Of a stretch of 29,301 nt of DNA, positions 1-9,070 are shown piece by piece. Source of the stretch: an uncultured archaeon (GTDB lineage Archaea > Asgardarchaeota > Lokiarchaeia > Sigyniarchaeales > SOKP01); assembly GCA_964525635.1 (NCBI GenBank), contig CAZGJX010000047.1, positions 1-29,301 on the forward strand. Direction: 5' to 3'. Under the pieces are notes generated by a model. That model saw nothing but the letters and a program-made list of their open reading frames with translations. It had not been told where the DNA came from and ran no database searches. The position numbers were made by a program, and so were the translations under genes. Positions within the stretch are counted from its first letter, which is position 1. Every line of letters starts with the position of its first letter.

Positions 1-260
1 TGATAAAGAATTCTCTCTCCTCCACATCCTAGGCTTAAAAAATAATCATTATCTAGTTGAACTAGGATTATATTTCCATTTGACCTGCTTTCCGTAATAG
101 TCTTTCCTTTAATGATCTGTGAGAATTCTTCATCTGAATATTTTCCAATAAAAGCAAATTTATGAGGATTTTGACCTCTAACGGCTGATTTTATAGATTT
201 TCCTACCAGTGTTTCATTAATCTGTTTGGATAATACAATTGCTTCAGGTAATTCTATCAT
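1..260 (-). CDS. Fpg/Nei (formamidopyrimidine-DNA glycosylase / endonuclease VIII family) protein, N-terminal part; runs off the left edge
   Basis: Not in the ORF track. Manual translation from ATG at 260: MIELPEAIVLSKQINETLVGKSIKSAVRGQNPHKFAF...ITESRSNGNIILVQLDNDYFLSLGCGGERILY, open to the edge. Matches the M-x-ELPE...L-x-GK-x-I N-terminus of Fpg/Nei. GAGGT lies just upstream. Confidence 0.85.
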   Translation of the reverse strand, partial: MIELPEAIVLSKQINETLVGKSIKSAVRGQNPHKFAFIGKYSDEEFSQIIKGKTITESRSNGNIILVQLDNDYFLSLGCGGERILY

Positions 261-715
261 GATAAATAACCTCTTATTTTTTTAATAAAACCAGTTATCA
301 TTTTTAAATTAAATGGAGAAAATTAAGCTTCAAAAAAAAGATTATATTTCCTAAATGATAAAATAAACAATTTTTTTTAGATTGAGGGGGGTAAATTCAA
401 CTTTTACAATGGATCAACCTCATAGTATTTAAATTTTTCATGGAAATTTTAATAAAATAAATATAGAAAGGAAATTTTAAGGAATAATTATCATGATCAT
501 TTTCATTTTGTAAATATAGAAAATGATAATTGATAACAATAAAAAGCATAAATTTATGCACCAAGATTGTTAATTTCCATAATTTGCTTTTTCCTCTTTA
601 AATTATTCTATATAATTTATGAATGTTAGAAATCGGTGTAATCTTTGGAATTTTTATAATAGTTTTAAGTTTAACTTAATTAGGAACTAAAAGAAAAAAT
701 ATTTTTAGTTTTTAG

Positions 716-1096
716 TTATAAAATTTCATCAAAGTTTTTCCAAGCCAAAGCAGAGAAATAAATAATTAAAATTGCTTGTATCCATGGAAATATTGGATAC
801 CACCAAATATCATTTATATCTGGCTGGGTAAGAATTATATGAACTAAAATAGGTTGAAAAATCATGAATAGCCCATCTATGAGTGCTAATATTAATCCCC
901 ATTTTATGTTAAAAAAAAGCAATATTATTCCAATAACTAGTAATACTGTAAATATAGGAACTAGGATGGCTCCTGGGCCTCCCATACTCAGTGAATGGGG
1001 AATTTCCCGAACGATTTTGTGCACAAGTTGAATTAAAGCCATAGCAATTGCCGCTTGAATATAAATTGAAAGTTTTTTCCTTTTTTTTTGTTCCAT
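716..1096 (-). CDS. Hypothetical membrane protein (~4 TM)
   Basis: 126-aa ORF with four hydrophobic segments and a basic N-terminus; BRE/TATA-like GAAAACTTATAA on the minus strand at ~1143-1132. Confidence 0.75.
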   Translation of the reverse strand: MEQKKRKKLSIYIQAAIAMALIQLVHKIVREIPHSLSMGGPGAILVPIFTVLLVIGIILLFFNIKWGLILALIDGLFMIFQPILVHIILTQPDINDIWWYPIFPWIQAILIIYFSALAWKNFDEIL

Positions 1097-1419
1097 TTAT
1101 TCTTCATCTGAATTTATTTTTTTTTTTTATATTATAAGTTTTCACTTATATAAGTATTAACTTATATTTAAATATTTTTAGTTCTAAAACGTTGAGTATA
1201 AATCTTTTTGGGTGATCATAAAATTTAATATGGAAAACTGTCAAAGATTAGAAATAAGCCCTATAGTAAATTAACAAAAATTTTTATATTATAATTAATT
1301 AGATATACCTAAATTAATATTTTATTTTTTAATTATTATTGTTTAAAAAATAATTTAAATTTAAATTATAAGATTATTTTTGGTGAATAAATATTAAAGA
1401 AATAGATTTTGGAAGTTGG

Positions 1420-2154
1420 ATGTCAAAAACAATAGTTATTCTCTCAGGAATCATTAGTTGCTTTTTTTGGATTATGTTAATAATAATTAATAATCTAGTT
1501 TTAGACATCATATTTTGCATACTTGGTTCTATTTTTAGTCTTCTTTTTTTATTCATGCTTATAATATATGTTTTTCTTAATTACAATGATAAAAATATAC
1601 AACACAAATTTTGGAATCTTCTTATTGAGCGAACAAATTGGCAGGGATCAGGAAAGGCGATAGATATCGGAACGGGTGCAGGAGCTCTTGCAATAAAACT
1701 TGCTATGAAATTTCCTGAAATTGAAGTAATTGGTATAGACAATTGGGGTATAGGGTGGAATTATTCACAAAAACAGTGTGAATCAAATGCGAAATTAGCA
1801 GGTGTACATGATCGGGTTAAATTTATAAAAGCATCTGCAGAAAGTATTCCATTTGAAAATGAAGAATTTGATTTAGTCGTAAGTAATTTTGTTTTACATG
1901 AAGTAAGAAATGTAAAAAACAAGGTTTTACTAATTCAGGAAATCATTCGAATACTTAAACCAGGTGGAAAATTCTTAATCCAAGATGAATTTTATAAAAA
2001 AAAACATTATGGTGATATAGAACAATTTATATCAAAAGTCCAAAAGCTTGGATTAAAGAAAATTACTCTCGAGCATACACCTAAAGAATTAAATTTTTCA
2101 ATTATAATCTCAAAAATGTTTTATGCCGCAGGTATACTTATTGGAATAAAATAA
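1420..2154 (+). CDS. Class I SAM-dependent methyltransferase with two N-terminal TM helices (start may be 1393)
   Basis: Motif I IDIGTGAG, post-I VIGID, motif II PFENEEFDLVVSNFVLH, motif III LKPGG. Confidence 0.92.
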   Translation: MSKTIVILSGIISCFFWIMLIIINNLVLDIIFCILGSIFSLLFLFMLIIYVFLNYNDKNIQHKFWNLLIERTNWQGSGKAIDIGTGAGALAIKLAMKFPEIEVIGIDNWGIGWNYSQKQCESNAKLAGVHDRVKFIKASAESIPFENEEFDLVVSNFVLHEVRNVKNKVLLIQEIIRILKPGGKFLIQDEFYKKKHYGDIEQFISKVQKLGLKKITLEHTPKELNFSIIISKMFYAAGILIGIK

Positions 2155-2506
2155 GGTTTTATAAAACGAGTTCAATAGATTCTAAGCGTTATAAAGAGAT
2201 TTGATTAAAGGATTGTTTTTTTTTATTTTTATTATTTTTAAATTATTGTTATATTTTGTTATTATGATATTTCTGTAAATTTATTTGATTTGAATAATCC
2301 TATTAAATAAAAAAACACCATTCAAAAGTTTCAATTTCATTCCAAATGGGTTTATATTGAAGATTAGTTTAACTAGCATAATATTGATTAAATTTAAAAA
2401 AAAACTCAGAAATCTTTTGTTAATATTATAAATACGTTGATTGATCAGAATTGAATTAATCTAAAAATCAAAATTTAATCATATATAGCCAAAACAAATC
2501 AAATTA

Positions 2507-5500
2507 ATGTTAAAAATGTCAAAAATAAAACAATTTGGAATATTGTTATTTATTATAATTATTGGGTTTACTCCAAATATTTTCAATCAATTTAAATATT
2601 ATAAAAATGAAAAAACCTCCCTAATTTCTAAAAGTTCAGTAGAATTTAATAATTGGACTATTATGGTTTATCTTGCTGCTGATAATAATTTAGAATCTGC
2701 GGGATTAGATGATTTAAATGAAATGGAATCAGTGCAACTAGAAGAAGGTATTGAAATAGTTGTATTATTTGATCGAGCAGTAGGATATACTAATGCAGAT
2801 GGTGATTGGACAACAACAAGACGATATAATATAACATACGACGAAGATGAAGACCATATTAATTCTGATTATGAAGATCTCGGAGAATTAAATATGGGAG
2901 ATCCTGATACTCTCGAAAATTTTATTAATTGGTCACAATCAACCCATGCTGCTAATAAATATGCTTTAATATTATGGGACCACGGTCTTGGAGTAGGATC
3001 TGGTTCTAATTTAGGAGGTGCATGTATTGATAGATATAGTGAAAATGATTACTTAGATATTTTTGAAATTGATCAAGTAATAGCAGGAAAAGGTATTGAT
3101 CTCTTAGGATTTGATTGTTGTATTATGGGAATGATGGAAATTGCTTCACAATATCAAACAGACGCAGGTGTTTTTGTTGGAAGTGAATGTTCAGAACCCT
3201 TAGATGGATGGGCATACGATTTAATCATTTTAGAATTAAATAAAAATCCAAATTGTACTTCTGCAGAATTTGGAGAAATTATATGTGCAACATATGAAGA
3301 ATCTTATAGATATGACACTTATTGGCAAGATCTTCCGATGGTTTCCTTGGATTTAACTAAATTCGCAGAATTAGAACTAATTTTAAACAATTTTCTATCC
3401 TATTTAAACCAGGATTATAATAGATCTATAGCAAATATAATTCAGAAAGCAATTGATGATTCCCAAATAGTTGATTCTGATGAGGATTATATTGATTTCG
3501 GAGATTTATTTTACAATTTAAAATCATTTTTCCATTTTGCATACCCAAATTTATATCAATTTAGTTCGGATATCTTGGAATTATATGAAGAAATGGCGTT
3601 GTCATTTTATATTGCAAGACATAGAACAAAAACATTAACTGGTGCATCTATTCAAATATTACCAGATGAAGAAAACCTTGGGTATCAAAATTTAGATTTT
3701 TGTATCAACACAACATGGTATAATTTCATTACAAAACAAAAGAGCATAGCTGATACACTTATAGATGATATATATGAACCTAATGATAGTTTCGAAGAAA
3801 AGCAAGGATTGTTATTCTCAGAATCACTTAATTTAACTTGGTCTGATCAAGATTGGTTTGAAATTTATGTAATTCAAAATGTATCATTTTCTCTAATTTT
3901 AAATGAAACTGTATTTCAATCTAATCAGGTTGAGATTATTCTGTATGATAGATATTTAAATTTAGTTGATAAAGATCCTTTCAATATTACCCTTGAATTA
4001 GAACAATCGGGGTATTATGCAATTTGTATTAATGCATCTCTCAGATTTGTTGAGATCCCTTATACTCTGACGTATATATCTGATATTGTTGATGATAATT
4101 ATGAATATAATAATGATTTTAATGCAGCGCCATTAATTACTTCTGGAAGTTATTTAGATCTAGTGTGTTTAGATGATGATTTTTATCAAATTCATGTTCC
4201 TGAAAGTAGTGTATTAAATATTTCTATTTGTGTCCCTGATGATCATCTTAATTTATATTTTTTCTTATATGATTCTTCTCAAGATTTGATTGATGATTGG
4301 GAAATATATTATTACTCTGGATGGTATAAGATGCGTTATTTCATGAATAATGAGGAGGATCTTTATATAAGAATTAGACCTTACAATGAATTTGGTTTTT
4401 ATTCATTCAATATATCAATTGAGTTAGTGGAAGATGATATTTTTGAAGAAAATGATGTTATTGAAAATGCCTGTCCAATTGAAACAGGTTTTTATTCTGA
4501 TCTAGTAATATATGATATAGATTATTATAGTATAACTATTAATGAAGGGAAAACTCTAGAGCTTGATTTATATTATTCCTTTCACACTATGTATCTTTAT
4601 ATTTATGATAATGAAATGAACAAAATTAAATCAGAAACAACAAGGATATATTATAATTCCAAGTTTGTGTATCTCAATACTCTTTCATTTTATTCCTCTA
4701 TATCACAAAATATTATTATTGTTGTTTATTCTAGTGGATCTGGAAGTTTTGGGCAGTATTCTTTGAAAATAAGCACACCTTTCCAAAAAGATGATATATA
4801 TGAAGAGAATGATTTTGCTGAAGTTGCAGCATTTATTAAACCAGGATTTTATTCTAATTTAAAACTATTAGATGATGATTTCTATAAGTTTAGTATACAT
4901 CAAGAGGAATCTTTTGAGATTGTCATTTCTTCAGATAATATAAAGTATTTTAACTTAAAAATTTATGATTCAAATATGGATAAAATCATAGAGTCTTCTT
5001 ATTATAATGAGGGTGATCCATGTTATTATTATTCTAACATAAATCAGGATATAATTATTCAAATCTCACCATGTTATGAAAATATAGCTGTGATTTATTC
5101 TCTGAATATAACTTTAGTGCAAATAAATGATGATGGTTATGAACAAAATGATTTTTTTGAAAATGCTTTATTAATAACCACTGGATTTTATCCTGATTTA
5201 ATATGTAATGATTATGATTATTACAATGTAAGTCTATTAGAAGGGGAATCAATTGAAATTTCACTTGAATCCGAATTATATTTGTATCTGTATTTATATG
5301 ATTCTGATCGAGATTCTATTACTTATGAACATGGTAGAGATATCTTTTTAAAATATTTTTCACATTCTAATCAATCACTAATAATTTATGTCAGAAATAT
5401 CTATAAAGGACTATATGGTAATTATTCCTTAGAGATCTCTAAAGAATTAATTACTGAGGATGATTCTTTTGAACAAAATGATTCTCCAGAAACTGGTAGA

Positions 5501-7999
5501 GAATTAACTTCTGGATATTATTCTGATTTGATAGCTTTGGATGATGATTATTATAATTTTTCTATAAATGCAAATGAATATCTTGAGGTTACTTTATATT
5601 TTATATATGATGGAATAATAGATATTGATCTCTATCTTTACAATTCTAATATGGATCTGCTTTTATCTTCATATTCTAATAAGGGTAATAAGAGTTTGAC
5701 TTACTATAGTGAGATTGAGCAAACTTTAATAATTTATGTTGAATATGGAATATGTGTTGGAAATTATTGTTTAAGTATCAATTTATTAGAGGATGATCCA
5801 TTTGAAGATAATGACTTTCTTGAAAATCCAGCAAGTCTTTCACCTGGTAATCATACTAATTTGATGCATTTGGACGATGATTACTATAATATTTCTGTTC
5901 AAGCAGGAATGAATTATTTAATTGTTGTTTCACCAAATGATAATTACGTCTATAAACCCTATTCGATTACAATATATGATTCTGAACTAAAATATATCTC
6001 TTCGGGTGTAAGCAATGGTATAATTCGTTATTATGGATTTTCCTCTGATAATAATGACTCTATCATTATAAGAATCTATTATTATAATTCTGACATTAGA
6101 ATAGGAAATTATAGCTTAAATATCTCTGTTTCTTTAGCTGTTGATGATATTTATGAGATAAATGAATTTAATGAAGAGAATGATTCTCCTGAAACTCCAA
6201 CATATATTGATTCTGGAGATTATGAGGACCTTATCTGTAATGATTATGATTGTTATAATATTTCAATTGAAGCAGATTTTATTATTAGAGTAAGAGTGAA
6301 ATTTTTCCACAGTTATTTTCACTCAGGATATATACAATTAGGTGATGCTAATTTGCATTTTTTAAATGATTCTGAATATGAAGATGGGTTTTATTATGTT
6401 AGTTATCTTTTTAAAGAGGCTCAAGATATAATAATTGCAATATCCACTTATAGAGGATTTTCAGCCTATTCTATGAGTGTTTCACTTCATCCATTAGACG
6501 ACGATTTATATGAGGAAAATGATTCTCCAGAAAACGCAACAGTCCTGATACCAGGATATTATGGTAATTTAAAATATTATGATGATGATTTTTATAATCT
6601 TACTTTACATGAATATGAGATCCTTGATATCCAGATTGAGAGTAAGTATTCAAGCTACTTTAGTTTTACTCTTTTTGATTCTAATATGGATATATTAGAC
6701 GAAATTAATTTTCATTATTACTATTATTATAATAATAGATTTTCTTTAAGATATTTTTCACAAATTAATCAATCAGTTATATTACAAGTTTTTTGTACAT
6801 TTAGATCAGGATCTTATACTTTAAATATATCAACAACCTTTATTGGTTCAGATGATAGCTTTGAAGAAAATGATAATCCTGAAAATGCTACATATATTGA
6901 TTCTATTAAATATAATTTAATTTCCTTAGATGATGATTATTATAAATTAATCGTAGAAAAAGGGGATTTTGTAGAAATTAATTTACAATTTAATACCAAC
7001 TATCTCAATTTTGATCTATTTATATTCAATTCTTCTATGTCCTTACTTTATAGTTCAAATTCAAATTATGAATGTGAATTAATACAATTTTATTCTGAAA
7101 AACATGAAACTCTTATTATATTGATCCATTCTATTTTAGGAAGTGGTATTTATACATTGGATATTTCAATAGTTCATTATCAGGAAGATATGTACGAAGA
7201 AAATGACACTCCCGAATCTGCTATTAATATTGGTGAGGGTGATTATATTGATCTAATGTGTGGAGATAATGATTTTTATAAAATTACAAATTATGCAGGT
7301 TGCATCCTTTCTATTCGGTTATCATCTTATGAAAACAATATTGATCTTGACTTAAAAATCTATAATTCTGATATGATTTTATTAAATTCTTCCATATCCT
7401 GCAGCTCAGATGAATATATTACTTTTTCCTCTTGGATGGATACTGAAATTTTCATATTAATCTACTCTTTCTCTGGTTTTGGAGTTTATAATTTAAGTAT
7501 AGATATCACATGGATTGCAGATGATTCTTATGAAGATAATGATACCCCTGAAACTGCAACATTAATTTCGAGTGATACCTATACTGGATTAGTATGCTTA
7601 GATATGGATTATTATACCCTTTATCTTGAGGAAGATGAACAATTTGAAATCTATATTGAATATGATCTTACCTATTTTGAACTATATTGTATTATATATG
7701 ATTCTGAAATGAATATTTTAAATTCGTCCGAATATTTCTACCATTGCAATCATTTGAGTATTGTATTAACTCAGAATCAATCAATTTTTATTGATATTGG
7801 TTCTAAAAATGGAATAGGTCTATATAATTTTACCATTACTATTAAAGATCCTATTCAAGATCTACCCATAATTACTAAAGAAGAATTTAATACGTTAATT
7901 CTAATAATTACTTTTGGATTTATTAGCTCATCCATTTTAATTCTAACAATAGCTTTAAAATTGTATTTAAGAAGAAGGGAATCAAAATTTTTATCATAA
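2507..7999 (+). CDS. Membrane-anchored clostripain-family (C11) cysteine peptidase with 12 PPC-like repeats
   Basis: N-terminal hydrophobic signal; WTIMVYLAADNNLE, ELNMGDPDTL, catalytic His in LILWDHGLG and Cys in LLGFDCCIMG; twelve [DE]DxxExND repeats; C-terminal TM followed by RRRESK. Confidence 0.92.
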   Translation: MLKMSKIKQFGILLFIIIIGFTPNIFNQFKYYKNEKTSLISKSSVEFNNWTIMVYLAADNNLESAGLDDLNEMESVQLEEGIEIVVLFDRAVGYTNADGDWTTTRRYNITYDEDEDHINSDYEDLGELNMGDPDTLENFINWSQSTHAANKYALILWDHGLGVGSGSNLGGACIDRYSENDYLDIFEIDQVIAGKGIDLLGFDCCIMGMMEIASQYQTDAGVFVGSECSEPLDGWAYDLIILELNKNPNCTSAEFGEIICATYEESYRYDTYWQDLPMVSLDLTKFAELELILNNFLSYLNQDYNRSIANIIQKAIDDSQIVDSDEDYIDFGDLFYNLKSFFHFAYPNLYQFSSDILELYEEMALSFYIARHRTKTLTGASIQILPDEENLGYQNLDFCINTTWYNFITKQKSIADTLIDDIYEPNDSFEEKQGLLFSESLNLTWSDQDWFEIYVIQNVSFSLILNETVFQSNQVEIILYDRYLNLVDKDPFNITLELEQSGYYAICINASLRFVEIPYTLTYISDIVDDNYEYNNDFNAAPLITSGSYLDLVCLDDDFYQIHVPESSVLNISICVPDDHLNLYFFLYDSSQDLIDDWEIYYYSGWYKMRYFMNNEEDLYIRIRPYNEFGFYSFNISIELVEDDIFEENDVIENACPIETGFYSDLVIYDIDYYSITINEGKTLELDLYYSFHTMYLYIYDNEMNKIKSETTRIYYNSKFVYLNTLSFYSSISQNIIIVVYSSGSGSFGQYSLKISTPFQKDDIYEENDFAEVAAFIKPGFYSNLKLLDDDFYKFSIHQEESFEIVISSDNIKYFNLKIYDSNMDKIIESSYYNEGDPCYYYSNINQDIIIQISPCYENIAVIYSLNITLVQINDDGYEQNDFFENALLITTGFYPDLICNDYDYYNVSLLEGESIEISLESELYLYLYLYDSDRDSITYEHGRDIFLKYFSHSNQSLIIYVRNIYKGLYGNYSLEISKELITEDDSFEQNDSPETGRELTSGYYSDLIALDDDYYNFSINANEYLEVTLYFIYDGIIDIDLYLYNSNMDLLLSSYSNKGNKSLTYYSEIEQTLIIYVEYGICVGNYCLSINLLEDDPFEDNDFLENPASLSPGNHTNLMHLDDDYYNISVQAGMNYLIVVSPNDNYVYKPYSITIYDSELKYISSGVSNGIIRYYGFSSDNNDSIIIRIYYYNSDIRIGNYSLNISVSLAVDDIYEINEFNEENDSPETPTYIDSGDYEDLICNDYDCYNISIEADFIIRVRVKFFHSYFHSGYIQLGDANLHFLNDSEYEDGFYYVSYLFKEAQDIIIAISTYRGFSAYSMSVSLHPLDDDLYEENDSPENATVLIPGYYGNLKYYDDDFYNLTLHEYEILDIQIESKYSSYFSFTLFDSNMDILDEINFHYYYYYNNRFSLRYFSQINQSVILQVFCTFRSGSYTLNISTTFIGSDDSFEENDNPENATYIDSIKYNLISLDDDYYKLIVEKGDFVEINLQFNTNYLNFDLFIFNSSMSLLYSSNSNYECELIQFYSEKHETLIILIHSILGSGIYTLDISIVHYQEDMYEENDTPESAINIGEGDYIDLMCGDNDFYKITNYAGCILSIRLSSYENNIDLDLKIYNSDMILLNSSISCSSDEYITFSSWMDTEIFILIYSFSGFGVYNLSIDITWIADDSYEDNDTPETATLISSDTYTGLVCLDMDYYTLYLEEDEQFEIYIEYDLTYFELYCIIYDSEMNILNSSEYFYHCNHLSIVLTQNQSIFIDIGSKNGIGLYNFTITIKDPIQDLPIITKEEFNTLILIITFGFISSSILILTIALKLYLRRRESKFLS
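3766..7845 (+). repeat. Intragenic array of 12 ~105-120-aa PPC-like beta-sandwich repeats
   Basis: Units start DDIYEPND, DDNYEYNND, DDIFEEND, DDIYEEND, DDGYEQND, DDSFEQND, DDPFEDND, DDIYEINEFNEEND, DDLYEEND, DDSFEEND, EDMYEEND, DDSYEDND. Most continue with GxYxxL..DxDYY and end in GxYxLxI. Confidence 0.88.
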
Positions 8000-8022
8000 T
8001 AACAATTTAACATAGTAAAAAA

Positions 8023-8162
8023 TTGCACTTATAATGAGCTTTTTTCGAACCCGTGTCATTCCTACATATTCTTTCAATTCTTGAAAGCTACGATGATGAA
8101 GACCAATAAATTTTTAGAAATGAGCGATCCATTCAAAGCAAAAGAATTTATTATTTTGTTTT
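8023..8162 (+). repeat. Dispersed ~140-bp direct repeat B, copy 1
   Basis: Aligns by eye to 13529-13667 with 16 mismatches and 1 gap (~88%), including identical 33-bp (CCCGTGTCATTCCTACATATTCTTTCAATTCTT) and 32-bp blocks. Confidence 0.95.
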
Positions 8163-8503
8163 ATGTTGTTTTTTTCTATATAAAATCTAACTATGTTTAT
8201 TTCCTAAATATTTTAATATATTATATATGAGTTTTAAGCATATAATTATCTTTAATTCGTACTATGTTTATTTATTTAATACATAAGATAAGCAAAATTG
8301 ATGAATATTAAAATTAAATGATAGAATATGTAAAATTACCATTTATGAAAGGTATTGAAATTGAATTATATTTATAAAAAAGGTGATGCAAAATAACAGT
8401 TAAAATTGCGTTGAGTTATATAGGTCTAATTATCAAGATGTAATACTTAAGCAGACTTGTTATATTCATTAAGCTTAAGCATATCATCAATTAAATAAAT
8501 ATT

Positions 8504-8653
8504 ACAACCACATACATGAGGAGGATTAGGCTCCCAACCTGTTTTAACAATCTTGATCTTAAAATTTTATATTTTTCCCGCCATTGGATGATTTAATTCG
8601 ATTTTACAAATATCGTCCTTAACTTTCTTAATAATAGTAGGAATAAGATCTTC
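8504..8653 (-). pseudogene. slyD: Remnant of an FKBP-type peptidyl-prolyl isomerase (SlyD-like), C-terminal part
   Basis: Manual translation: EDLIPTIIKKVKDDICKIELNHPMAGKI*NFKIKIVKTGWEPNPPHVCGC. Contains the SlyD NHP[LM]AGK-x-L-x-F motif, with the Leu codon mutated to TAA (8567-8569), and the start of a His/Cys tail. No start codon or N-terminal half. Confidence 0.85.
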
Positions 8654-9005
8654 TTAAATTTAACAAAAATCTATAATATCTATATCTAAAAGAATGTATA
8701 TAGTGATAAAACATAATAATTCTACAAAATCCGATAAATATCATATTTAAAATCATATTATAAAATATAAAAATACGATCCTGATAATACTATCATACAA
8801 TGTTAATAATATTATATAATTGCTTTATTCGGATAATTATTAATTTTCTTCAACTATAATCATGTTAGGAATACATATTATGCTAGATCTAGCTAAGAGT
8901 CATCTGGGAAAAGGAAGATATCATAAATAAAATACTTAAATTAACTCATAATTATTATAAAATCTTCAAAAAAAAACCATAACATTCAAAGATTTTCCAT
9001 ATGAC

Positions 9006-9013
9006 TTTATATA
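9006..9013 (+). promoter_or_regulatory. Candidate archaeal TATA box for the cellulase gene
   Basis: TTTATATA ~60 bp upstream of ATG 9071; TGAT motif 6 nt before the ATG. Confidence 0.45.
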
Positions 9014-9070
9014 GCACTTTTGATCACACTTAATTAACTCTAATTTTTAAAAAAAAACAATGATTTAAAA

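Noticed and set aside
1250-1294. Short ORF MENCQRLEISPIVN (ATG near 1230) after a GGTGAT motif
   Set aside because: Only 14 codons with over-long spacing from the motif; unsupported.
1374-1556. 60-aa minus-strand ORF
   Set aside because: Antisense shadow of the methyltransferase; no motif.
5055-5264. 69-aa minus-strand ORF
   Set aside because: Antisense to the clostripain repeats; His/Asn richness mirrors GAT/TAT codons on the coding strand.
8092-8100. Box C-like ATGATGA in repeat B (C/D sRNA or SECIS idea)
   Set aside because: Copy 2 has ATGACGA, no CTGA box D follows, and the one stem visible in copy 2 is broken in copy 1.
8862-8930. 22-codon ORF MLGIHIMLDLAKSHLGKGRYHK upstream of the cellulase
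   Set aside because: Too short, no ribosome-binding motif and no recognisable homology.
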